Origin: a virus
Taxonomy: Duplodnaviria; Caudoviricetes
Strand: one strand, 5' to 3'
DNA: 25,797 nt
IMG/VR virus record: IMGVR_UViG_3300022223_000285
This document shows positions 17,288 to 24,876 of the stretch, piece after piece. The stretch's first letter is position 1. Each line of letters begins with the position of its first letter. The position numbers and the translations under genes were made by a program. The notes beneath the pieces are model-generated. The model saw nothing but the letters and a program-made list of their open reading frames with translations. It was not told the DNA's origin and did not search any database.

Positions 17288-17416
17288 TGGTGTCGCCGGC
17301 GGGACTTGAACCCGCATGATCCAGGACACTCTCTGAGAGTAGAACCCGGCAATATGCTGGGTTTGTACACTCTACTGCTCAGCCCTGGGACTCTAGCCTG
17401 TTTGAGCTACAGCGAC
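17288..17416 (-). ncRNA. tRNA-like RNA (129 nt) with encoded CCA and a 58-nt structured insert replacing the anticodon loop
   Basis: GTCGCTG-TA-GCTC-AAACAGGCTA-GAGT-C-CCAGG-[58 nt]-CCTGG-ATCAT-GCGGG-TTCAAGT-CCCGC-CGGCGAC-A-CCA: 7-bp acceptor, 4-bp D stem, 5-bp anticodon stem and canonical T arm. Confidence 0.88.
17365..17384. repeat. 20-bp exact direct repeat, copy 2 (5' side of the expanded anticodon arm)
   Basis: Identical to 17215-17234, offset 150 bp. Confidence 0.95.
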
Positions 17417-17427
17417 ATTGTGAACAC

Positions 17428-17433
17428 ATTATA
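17428..17433 (-). promoter_or_regulatory. Sigma70 -10 element for the tRNA-like RNA
   Basis: Perfect TATAAT ending 11 nt upstream of the mature 5' G, implying a ~5-nt leader; no good -35. Confidence 0.6.
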
Positions 17434-17481
17434 TGCAGTGTCCATGCTTGCACCTAGCACTTTATTTACATGCGCTAAAAG

Positions 17482-17511
17482 TTAAAAACCCGCTGCTATC
17501 GTGCCGGGTTT
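17482..17511 (-). terminator. Probable terminator of the terS-MuF operon
   Basis: Minus strand reads AAACCCG-GCACGATAGCAG-CGGGTTT-TTAACTTTT, about 100 nt after the last ORF. Confidence 0.45.
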
Positions 17512-17612
17512 ATTCATTATCGTGCACAAAAACTTTCATGATCCTGAAAGTCTCACTGCACTGGGAGCTATTGTTGTATTTCCTACCGAAAAAACTGCAC
17601 CCAGCGTGTTGA

Positions 17613-17867
17613 TCAGGCCTCAATTTCAATCACAAAAGAGCAGGCTGGGCAGCTATACCGGTCGAGATGGTTACCACTAGGCTCGTTTTTCATCTCTGTT
17701 GGCAGGCCTTTTATCATGAAACATCGCGGACATAATTTGCCATCCTCTAGCCTGTAGGCGTCGTATCGAGACTGCGCAGCTTCCAGATCAACCGGCAAGG
17801 AAGATCCATCCTGGATGGATTCAAGAATATATTCAGCCTCGCTCAATAAATCGTTGTTCATAGCCAT
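17613..17867 (-). CDS. Small zinc-ribbon protein (CPRC...CPAC)
   Basis: 84 aa, GAGG RBS, two CxxC motifs, AT-richer than the structural genes. Confidence 0.7.
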   Translation of the reverse strand: MAMNNDLLSEAEYILESIQDGSSLPVDLEAAQSRYDAYRLEDGKLCPRCFMIKGLPTEMKNEPSGNHLDRYSCPACSFVIEIEA

Positions 17868-17874
17868 TCCTCGG

Positions 17875-18060
17875 TTATCGTTGATAAACCACCGGCACCT
17901 TCACCCATCCCTTGCACTGCCGGCACTTCGCCTCAGCCGTGCCGGCGGGCAGGATCCGCACCACGCGCGACTTGAGCGCCACACCATCAAACACCACGCT
18001 TTTGCATTGTGTGCAGGCAACATGCGGCCGGGTGACCAGGTTGGCGACGGTTGCCGTCAT
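17875..18060 (-). CDS. Com-like zinc-finger protein
   Basis: 61 aa, V.CTQC...F...EAKCRQCK, similar in size and pattern to Mu Com (IRCKNC..LF...EIRCPRCK); ATGA-coupled to the upstream ORF. Confidence 0.6.
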   Translation of the reverse strand: MTATVANLVTRPHVACTQCKSVVFDGVALKSRVVRILPAGTAEAKCRQCKGWVKVPVVYQR

Positions 18061-18266
18061 GCATCGGCCTCATCAGGAACGTCAGCACCCAGCTCATCAT
18101 CAGTTATCTCACCTCGCTCGCCGGCGATGGCTTTGTGCATCTCTGTCACCAGGTACTCCACCTTGTCATCCGGCACGCTCAACGGGCTAAATGTGAGCTC
18201 GCCGAATTTTTGCCTGTACTCCATCTGCAGTACCGGAAAATCCGTATCATGTAGATCAACCATCAA
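18057..18266 (-). CDS. Small acidic protein, candidate immunity protein for the MuF toxin domain
   Basis: 69 aa, overlaps the MuF stop, GGAGG RBS. Confidence 0.55.
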   Translation of the reverse strand: MMVDLHDTDFPVLQMEYRQKFGELTFSPLSVPDDKVEYLVTEMHKAIAGERGEITDDELGADVPDEADA

Positions 18267-20337
18267 TCACCTCCTGCAATATATCCTCAACAAACTTGGA
18301 AAAATTGGGTACAAACGTCCGCATATATTCCCGCTGGTATGTTCCAGCCTTGTAGTCAAGCAGGCAAAACGTATTGGCAAAGGCCTCAGCCTGTCGACCA
18401 AACCCGGAGCGCTGCTTGTAGTAGGCATTAGAATGGCCCCACCCCACCCGGTTGCGGGTGACAGCCCCGGCCAGGTCGGCCATGTGTCCGGCATCGGGAT
18501 GCTTGAACATCGATTCACAGAGTATGGCAGTATCACCATATCGCTTGCCGTTGGCCAGCAGTATAGCCGCATGATCATTGGTTATCTCTATATCCGGGCT
18601 TTTGAGCAATAAATCAAATATGTCATTACCGCCGGGCAGCTGCTTGCGTGCGGCGGCGGCGGCGCTGGCCACATCGCCATGCTCACGAATAAAATCATTC
18701 ACATCCAGAGACCGCGCCTGGTTATAGGCGCCACTTGAAAAGCGCCGTTTTGCCAGTGATGGATGCCTTTTCTTGGCACCCTTGAAATAGTTTTCTTGCA
18801 GCTGCCTGATATGCACATCATCGGCCTCCAGCGCGGCCGTGCCCTTGCGACCGGATGAGATATAATTGCGATAAAATGTGGTTTCGTGCTCTCCCTTGCT
18901 TTCCTTCCAAAGTCCAATCTTATCATCCAGATAGTGGCCATACTCATGGCGCATGGTGCCTTGCCCGGATAATGTATCCGGGTGCTTGCCGGCCATGTGA
19001 ATTTTGCCATTAGAATAATATGCACCGCCGGTAGTCTTGGGTATTTCGCCAGGGGCATGAAAACGCGCCGCTGATTTTTTCAGAGTGTCGCTGTTGAATG
19101 TGCCGGCCTGATCCCATCGATCGAAAAACTCATTGGAGCGGCGATTTGGCGAGCCTGGCTCCAGCGTTGGCAGGTTTGGTTTGATATTAACCGCCACCGG
19201 CTTGGCAATGATTGCGGTAGGCGGCCCAGGCACCGGCATCAATTTGGCTACATCAATGCCGCGCTTCTCAAACCGATTTTTTAATACTCGCCATGGCGTT
19301 GCGATTTCATTCTGTTTGAGGATGCCGGCATTAAATGCTGCCTGCTTTTTCTGGCTCCCCAGCACGCCGGTCTGCACGCTGGCTGATTGGCTCCCCAGCC
19401 AATCCAGTCGATCCTGCTTGCCGGCCCGGTCATCCGCAGTCACTTCATCATCAAACACCATCTCCACAAAGCTCAACGTGTTGGGATGCGCCGGCCAAGG
19501 GCAGGCTGACCGGTTCGGGTACACACCAGGACCAAGGCCATACAGGTTGGCGCTTGCATGCATATCACAGATATCCACGCGCGGGTGGTTGGGTGACAAC
19601 AAAAACCGCCAGCCGACAAACCCCTCCACCTGCTCACCGCCGGCCATGTAGGCCTCGCCATGCGCGCGGTTGATCTCGGTGCGGAATACGCGCCGCGCCT
19701 GCCAATAGGGTGCATCGTCACCTTGCATCAGCGTGCCGGCTGCCACCTTGGCCACGCCGTGCGCATTGGCGATGCCGAGTTTGTCGGCAAGATCCGTCGG
19801 CACGGTGATGCCCTTGGCCAGGTACTCCTGCGCGGCCTTGCTGGCGTTGTGGCCCTGGATAATGGCGCTCTGGATCTGGCGGCCCATGATCTCGCGTGCG
19901 TGGTTACTGTTACGCCACAGGCGATCGCTCAGCTGCAGGCCATCCTCTGCCACAAAGTTGCGCACAAACAGTGCCGCCTCTTCCGCCACCTGGAAACTGG
20001 CCAGGCCGATGCCATCGTAAACACCGGCGCCGTACTTGGCGGCCTGGTCAATGCCATCCCATAGCATCTGATCACGCGCCAGCTCCAGCGAGCGCAGGCG
20101 ACCGTTCACCTGGCCAAGCAGCTGCTGCATCGTATCCAGGCGCAGACTGCCACGATCATCACCATAACTGCGGATGACATTCTCGATCTCGGTGCGGGTT
20201 TGCAGGTACAGCGCCTCCAGGTCGTTGAGTGCATCCCGATCCAGCTTGCGCATCGATACCTGGGCGGCATTGGTGCCACGCTTGATCGCCGCCTTGGTCG
20301 CGGTGCGAGCATTGGTTGCCAGTGCCACGCCTGTCAT
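18256..20337 (-). CDS. MuF / SPP1 gp7-like head protein with a C-terminal zincin metallopeptidase extension
   Basis: MuF motifs (LSDRLW, R..RTEINRA, DICD, PAHPN), a Pro-rich linker, then HEYGH and a downstream EAFA. Confidence 0.85.
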   Translation of the reverse strand: MTGVALATNARTATKAAIKRGTNAAQVSMRKLDRDALNDLEALYLQTRTEIENVIRSYGDDRGSLRLDTMQQLLGQVNGRLRSLELARDQMLWDGIDQAAKYGAGVYDGIGLASFQVAEEAALFVRNFVAEDGLQLSDRLWRNSNHAREIMGRQIQSAIIQGHNASKAAQEYLAKGITVPTDLADKLGIANAHGVAKVAAGTLMQGDDAPYWQARRVFRTEINRAHGEAYMAGGEQVEGFVGWRFLLSPNHPRVDICDMHASANLYGLGPGVYPNRSACPWPAHPNTLSFVEMVFDDEVTADDRAGKQDRLDWLGSQSASVQTGVLGSQKKQAAFNAGILKQNEIATPWRVLKNRFEKRGIDVAKLMPVPGPPTAIIAKPVAVNIKPNLPTLEPGSPNRRSNEFFDRWDQAGTFNSDTLKKSAARFHAPGEIPKTTGGAYYSNGKIHMAGKHPDTLSGQGTMRHEYGHYLDDKIGLWKESKGEHETTFYRNYISSGRKGTAALEADDVHIRQLQENYFKGAKKRHPSLAKRRFSSGAYNQARSLDVNDFIREHGDVASAAAAARKQLPGGNDIFDLLLKSPDIEITNDHAAILLANGKRYGDTAILCESMFKHPDAGHMADLAGAVTRNRVGWGHSNAYYKQRSGFGRQAEAFANTFCLLDYKAGTYQREYMRTFVPNFSKFVEDILQEVIDG

Positions 20338-21749
20338 TTTGCACTTCTCGTGGTGGATACATCGGTTGCACTCTCGCCCTTGCGTCCATTGCCCGGCGTA
20401 ATGCTCACGCGATTGCCGCCGGCAATCTGGTTGGGCGCTGGGTAAGGGTTGCCGGCAGCGGCTTGATCTTCTTTGCGCTCCAGCTCGGTTTCATAATTCA
20501 GGCCGGCAGTCTCAAACACGGTGCGATCACTGGCGCCCATGGCCTGATACTTGATCGCGCGATCGGCGGCCTGGTTCGGTGTTTCAGTCTTGCGCTCAAC
20601 AAATTCAATCTCAAAATCACCAAACACATCCGGATTGATACCCTGCAGCAACAGGTCGAGGTAAAAACCTAACTTGTACACATAGCTGAGCGTATCCTGC
20701 AGCGCGTCAACCTCATCAAAGTAGTCACGCTTGAGATCTTCCAGCACATCACGCGCCAGGTCGCCGGTATAGCCAAACAGGCCTTTAGGTGCCGGGCTGC
20801 CGGCATAGAATGTATCGAGCAGGTGCACCACATCCGCGATCTGGTCCAGGTTGGCATCACCTGCCACGCTGGACACGGCGCCCTTTTTGTTCAGATAAAA
20901 ATCGGCGGTGATATCGTTTTGATCGCCCTCCACCCGGGCGCGATATTTTTCAATGTCGGACTCGCTCGCGCCTTCCAGCACGTGCGCCAGGCGTTGCGGT
21001 GCACGTGTGCGCCGGCGGATCACCAGGTCCTCCTCGGTCATACGCAGTTTCTGCCACGCGGGACGGGTGGCATCAAGGTATGGCCTGCCCAGGCTGCCCA
21101 TATCGTCAAAATTATCCGGCGTCAGGCGCACCAGGGACATTTGCCACAGCGGAAACTGGGCGATCTCTTTGCCCATGGTGTAGTCATACTGGATATAGGC
21201 CACGCGCGGATCCTTGAATGCGCCGTTGGGCGCGACTTGCGGCACAATGGTCTCGGTTGGCATGCGGTAACCGGCCACCACAGACTTGCTGTCAGGTGCC
21301 GGCACCCATTGCATAGGCAGGTTGCCCTCCATCATAAATCCGCGAAAGTCACTCTCCAGCTTTTCGCGCCGGTTCAGATTCAGCCGGCGATAAAAACGAT
21401 CCCAGCTGCGCAGCAGCACCTTGTTGTTGCCTGTGCCCGGTTTAATCATCACACCCTTTTTGGTTGCCATGCGGGCCGTGCGCTTGTGGATCTCCTTCAC
21501 GCGGCCATCAAGCCTGTCCATCTCACGCAGGTCCATGATGGCCTGGCGCAGATCCGTGCTCACATACATCAGCTGGTACAGGTAGCGGATCCGGTCTTGC
21601 TCTCGGGTGCGATAGCCACGCTCACCGGCGCCGGCCGGCAGCACACCGGCGCGATACATTGCCTGCTTGGTGGCATCAGCGCTGAATTGCATGCCGGGTA
21701 TCATGCCTGTCAGGCGTTGCTGTATTTCAAACGGGTTCAGTTTTTTCAT
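20334..21749 (-). CDS. Portal protein
   Basis: 471 aa, between terL and MuF; G..YLD..R..W..L...E..LVI.R..RAP.R portal-like segment. Confidence 0.85.
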   Translation of the reverse strand: MKKLNPFEIQQRLTGMIPGMQFSADATKQAMYRAGVLPAGAGERGYRTREQDRIRYLYQLMYVSTDLRQAIMDLREMDRLDGRVKEIHKRTARMATKKGVMIKPGTGNNKVLLRSWDRFYRRLNLNRREKLESDFRGFMMEGNLPMQWVPAPDSKSVVAGYRMPTETIVPQVAPNGAFKDPRVAYIQYDYTMGKEIAQFPLWQMSLVRLTPDNFDDMGSLGRPYLDATRPAWQKLRMTEEDLVIRRRTRAPQRLAHVLEGASESDIEKYRARVEGDQNDITADFYLNKKGAVSSVAGDANLDQIADVVHLLDTFYAGSPAPKGLFGYTGDLARDVLEDLKRDYFDEVDALQDTLSYVYKLGFYLDLLLQGINPDVFGDFEIEFVERKTETPNQAADRAIKYQAMGASDRTVFETAGLNYETELERKEDQAAAGNPYPAPNQIAGGNRVSITPGNGRKGESATDVSTTRSAK

Positions 21750-21753
21750 GGCG

Positions 21754-23448
21754 TCATCCTGTCGCGCGCAGTTTCTGCCCCAGCAGCTTGGCGCGGTTGG
21801 TGTGATTGATCTGTATGATTGATGGCACGATCAGCGCGCCACGAGTAACCAGCGCCCAGTGCGCTGCCATGTAGGCATCAAAGCAGTCATCACCCAGCTT
21901 GGCGTCCGCCATCTTGTAGGTTGAATAACTGGTTTTGGTTTGCATGGGCACGATGTTGGTGATCTGTCGCTGCAGCAGTCGCATATCCTGCTCAGTCTGC
22001 GTGAGCTTGTCGGCATCGCAATCTTCGACGTATGGCATGGCCGCCTGGTGCGAGTGGAAAGAGCTGCGCACGGCTTGCGCCATGCTGTGCTTGGTCATGC
22101 CCTCAAAGCGCAGCGGCGCAAACGCCCATTCCGACCAGGTGCTGGCCGTGCTTTCGCCCTCGCCGATATTGCGCCGGTTGATGGTGGTCAGGTTGTTGAA
22201 ATACAGCTGATCATTCAGGTTGGTCATCATGCCAATGCCATAGGCGTCACCGATCGCGCAATCCGGATCAAAGTATTGCCAGTACGCCAGCAGATCCGCC
22301 TCAACAATTTTTTCATCCGTGCCCGGTGGCCAGGTGCGGGCATAGCGTGTGCAGGTAAAATTGCCAATCTGCTCCAGCACAACAAAAGCATATCTTGATG
22401 ACTCCTTCCGCTCACCGTGACCGGAATGATCATAGCCAAACGATATCAATCCGGATTTTTTATACTTCTCGCCCGGCATTGGCTCAACAATTTCCAGCCC
22501 TACCTCAAAGCCGATATGCAGCGCCCGGCGCAGCTTCTCCTCCCAGACCAGGTTGCGGCTGGCAATGTTGATGCACAGCAGCTGCCGCACAAACTCATCC
22601 TCACTGAGCTCGTCTTTCATCTGCATGATGAATGATCGCTGCAGCAGGTCCATCTCCATGGCCAGCATCGCATTGGCAATGGGGATCGGGTACTTGTAGG
22701 TCTTAACATCCACCGCATCGGCACTCAGCAAGTCTGCCGCAATCATGCGCTGCAGCAGGTTGCGCGCAGCGTCGCCAAACACGGCGCCGATCACGCGATA
22801 CGTGCCGGAGATCGCCATATCAGCCAGGGTATCCGCGCCCTTGAAAACACCAGTGATGCGGATCTTTGGATCATTGCGGCTCTGCTTGCTCGCGCCCAGG
22901 CGGCGCGAGGATCCCAGCATCAACAAAAAGCGCGAATCCAGGCGCGCCTTCGGCATGTCGTCAACCTCTTCCAGGCTGGCCTTGGTCAGATCACCACCGT
23001 CCACCTGGGCCATGATGCCGTAGGCCTGCGCTTTGCTCCGGTTGGCAAATTCATAGCGGGTGTCACTCATCTGCTTGCGGCCCGACTTGAACGCCAGGTA
23101 ATTGCTCAGGACCGGCGATCGGCGAATGGCATCCAGGTGATAATTGAGGTTTACAATCGCCTGGGCTTCGCGCGGTGCCACAATGCCCAGCTCCTGATCT
23201 GGATTGCAGGCATTATCCTTGAGCTCATACATCTCCTTGCACGCCGTTTTGCCGGTACGGCGGCTGGAAAAGTCGATGGTGTTGTTGTGCTCATCCATCT
23301 CCTGCATTTTCAGCAGCTGCACCTGGTCAAGCTCCACATTGTGCACATGCTTGTGCCAGAGCCCGTGGCTGTCGGCATAGCGCAGCACCTCGCGCTCCGC
23401 CACATTCTGCAGCTGGATACGCTTCCGGGCGCTGATACGCTCAGGCAT
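21754..23448 (-). CDS. terL: Terminase large subunit
   Basis: Walker A SRRTGKT, VAPREAQA, Walker B SLEEVDD, RNase H-like FGYD and terminal DD.FDA. Confidence 0.92.
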   Translation of the reverse strand: MPERISARKRIQLQNVAEREVLRYADSHGLWHKHVHNVELDQVQLLKMQEMDEHNNTIDFSSRRTGKTACKEMYELKDNACNPDQELGIVAPREAQAIVNLNYHLDAIRRSPVLSNYLAFKSGRKQMSDTRYEFANRSKAQAYGIMAQVDGGDLTKASLEEVDDMPKARLDSRFLLMLGSSRRLGASKQSRNDPKIRITGVFKGADTLADMAISGTYRVIGAVFGDAARNLLQRMIAADLLSADAVDVKTYKYPIPIANAMLAMEMDLLQRSFIMQMKDELSEDEFVRQLLCINIASRNLVWEEKLRRALHIGFEVGLEIVEPMPGEKYKKSGLISFGYDHSGHGERKESSRYAFVVLEQIGNFTCTRYARTWPPGTDEKIVEADLLAYWQYFDPDCAIGDAYGIGMMTNLNDQLYFNNLTTINRRNIGEGESTASTWSEWAFAPLRFEGMTKHSMAQAVRSSFHSHQAAMPYVEDCDADKLTQTEQDMRLLQRQITNIVPMQTKTSYSTYKMADAKLGDDCFDAYMAAHWALVTRGALIVPSIIQINHTNRAKLLGQKLRATG

Positions 23449-23893
23449 TGCGCATCTCCCATTTTACTTTTTCTTTTAATGGGTGTTTATCAGACCTCTC
23501 TCTGTTTTCCCTACTCCATGATCCACCACCAGCTGGGCCCATAAATCTCCATCCGGCGGCGCGCAAGCTGGCACCACCCTCCTCTGGCAAGGTGTAGGTT
23601 ATTATGCCGGTAAAACCCAGAGCCTTTGCAGCTCGCCATGCTGCGGCGTATAAAAACGAACATGCATTTTTATACCCGTCCGTACAAAGCCTATTTACCT
23701 CGAGTGTTGCCCCATCATCTGCATGCCGTGAGACAGGCCTGCCAACAATGGCCACACCTCTAATCTTAACGCCATCACTCACTGCAATACTGAATTTATG
23801 ACCGGTGGCGGCCTTGTGGTGCCGGTGATAGTACCGGACAAACTCATTTGCCTGTCTTAAAGATAGCGGCACAAGTCTCATATGCTCACTCAC
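23441..23893 (-). CDS. XF1762-family / Mom-like GNAT-fold putative DNA modification protein
   Basis: AN.FV...HRHH, GVAIVGRPV.R..DDG.TLEV.RLC, NACSFLY.A and ITYTL..E.G.SLRA.GW motifs. Probable start is the GTG at 23893 (GGAGGT 8 nt upstream). Confidence 0.8.
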   Translation of the reverse strand: MSEHMRLVPLSLRQANEFVRYYHRHHKAATGHKFSIAVSDGVKIRGVAIVGRPVSRHADDGATLEVNRLCTDGYKNACSFLYAAAWRAAKALGFTGIITYTLPEEGGASLRAAGWRFMGPAGGGSWSRENRERSDKHPLKEKVKWEMRNA

Positions 23894-24824
23894 GGCGCAC
23901 CACCTCCGCATCGATCACATCGCCCTTGATCGGTGACGTGTTGCGGTTGATGAGCTCAATGAGTTTCTGCTGTCCCTTTGTCTGGTGCTCCAGGAATTGC
24001 TGCATGGTCTCGCGGTCATTCTCGGCATGCTCCAGAAAGCCCTGGGTGATCTCCTGCTCATCCTGCACCTTGGCAGTCATGCCCATGTCGCCCAGCGCCA
24101 GGTTGTTTTTGCCAATGAATTCCATCAGCGGTTTGAGCAACGGATGGGCTCGCAGCTCCGTCAGCACCTCCTTGGCACCGGTGTCCGGATCCGTCACCTC
24201 GCCAATATGCAGGCGGCCCTCTTTATCGAAACCATAAACCGGGGATTCGATCTGCACACCCTTGCTGATAATGCCCAGCAGCATGTCATCGATGATCGCG
24301 CGGAGAGTTGCCTGCAGTTCTGCGTTGTATCGCTGCAGCTTGCTCGGATCCTGCTGCTCAAATGCAGCCAGGTGTTTCATATAGAGCTCGGTTCGAATCA
24401 AACACACCTTTTCATCAAAACACTCCAGGGAGCGCCGATATCGGCAACCGTTGCAGGCGTCATACTTGCCAGGCTTTGCGGGGAAATATCGGGCCACCTT
24501 CGCGTGCAGGCCGGTGGTCATCCGGTTAAACCGGGTAATCAGCGCCTCCTGCGGTGTAGGGTGTCCCTCCAGGTTCGCCGCGCTGGATGCCTTGCCCTCC
24601 GGCGTCTTCGGCCCCGTAGCGCTCGCCCAGCCCTTTAGCAGATTGCGCTGCCAATGCGCCTGCGGCGCCTCATCACCGCACTCAGGACACCGGCCAAAGT
24701 ACTCCCACGGATGCCACGGACGTGACTCATCGGGCTCCACCCTGGTTGGTGCAGCCTCAAACTTCTCGCCGCAGCTGCAGATAAACTTCGCAGCCGGCAG
24801 TTGATCATCGGATTTTTCACCCAT
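23886..24824 (-). CDS. Probable terminase small subunit with Cys-rich Zn-binding segments
   Basis: First gene of the packaging operon; TGPKTPEGK..S..N...G motif common in TerS-like proteins; CxC..CxxC and CxxC..C..C clusters. Confidence 0.7.
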   Translation of the reverse strand: MGEKSDDQLPAAKFICSCGEKFEAAPTRVEPDESRPWHPWEYFGRCPECGDEAPQAHWQRNLLKGWASATGPKTPEGKASSAANLEGHPTPQEALITRFNRMTTGLHAKVARYFPAKPGKYDACNGCRYRRSLECFDEKVCLIRTELYMKHLAAFEQQDPSKLQRYNAELQATLRAIIDDMLLGIISKGVQIESPVYGFDKEGRLHIGEVTDPDTGAKEVLTELRAHPLLKPLMEFIGKNNLALGDMGMTAKVQDEQEITQGFLEHAENDRETMQQFLEHQTKGQQKLIELINRNTSPIKGDVIDAEVVRRE

Positions 24825-24829
24825 TCCCG

Positions 24830-24876
24830 CGAAAATAGGTGTTTAGGATGGACAGAAAAAGGGGATTTATGTCACG
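24830..24876 (-). promoter_or_regulatory. Putative activator-dependent late promoter, copy 2 (packaging operon)
   Basis: 33/47 ungapped identity with 16940-16986; the -10-like TATTTT ends 7 nt before the ATG. Confidence 0.75.

Larger units (their letters stand above)
1..24876 (-). mobile_element. Mu-related myovirus-type prophage, late (packaging/head/lysis/tail) region; continues beyond the left edge of the window
   Basis: About 30 co-oriented, tightly packed or overlapping genes with recognisable terminase, portal, MuF, capsid, sheath, tube, tape measure and Mu gp43-48-like products. The right boundary is uncertain and lies between the terS promoter and acpS. Confidence 0.93.

Noticed and set aside
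17215-17384. CRISPR mini-array or attL/attR pair
   Set aside because: Only two 20-bp copies with a 130-bp gap and no cas genes. The repeat is not the tRNA 3' end, and deleting between the copies would destroy rather than restore the tRNA.
17288-17416. Ordinary tRNA, tmRNA, tRNA-Sec or group I intron-containing tRNA
   Set aside because: There is no 7-nt loop on the anticodon stem, and the extra length is in the anticodon arm rather than the variable arm. It has a D stem, no G3-U70 and is too short for tmRNA. A 58-nt insert is far too short for a group I intron. A protein-spliced intron cannot be excluded, but no clean spliced loop was evident.
17128-17485. Plus-strand ORFs 17128-17319 and 17207-17485
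   Set aside because: They run through a strong terminator and antisense to the tRNA-like gene, with no protein-like features.
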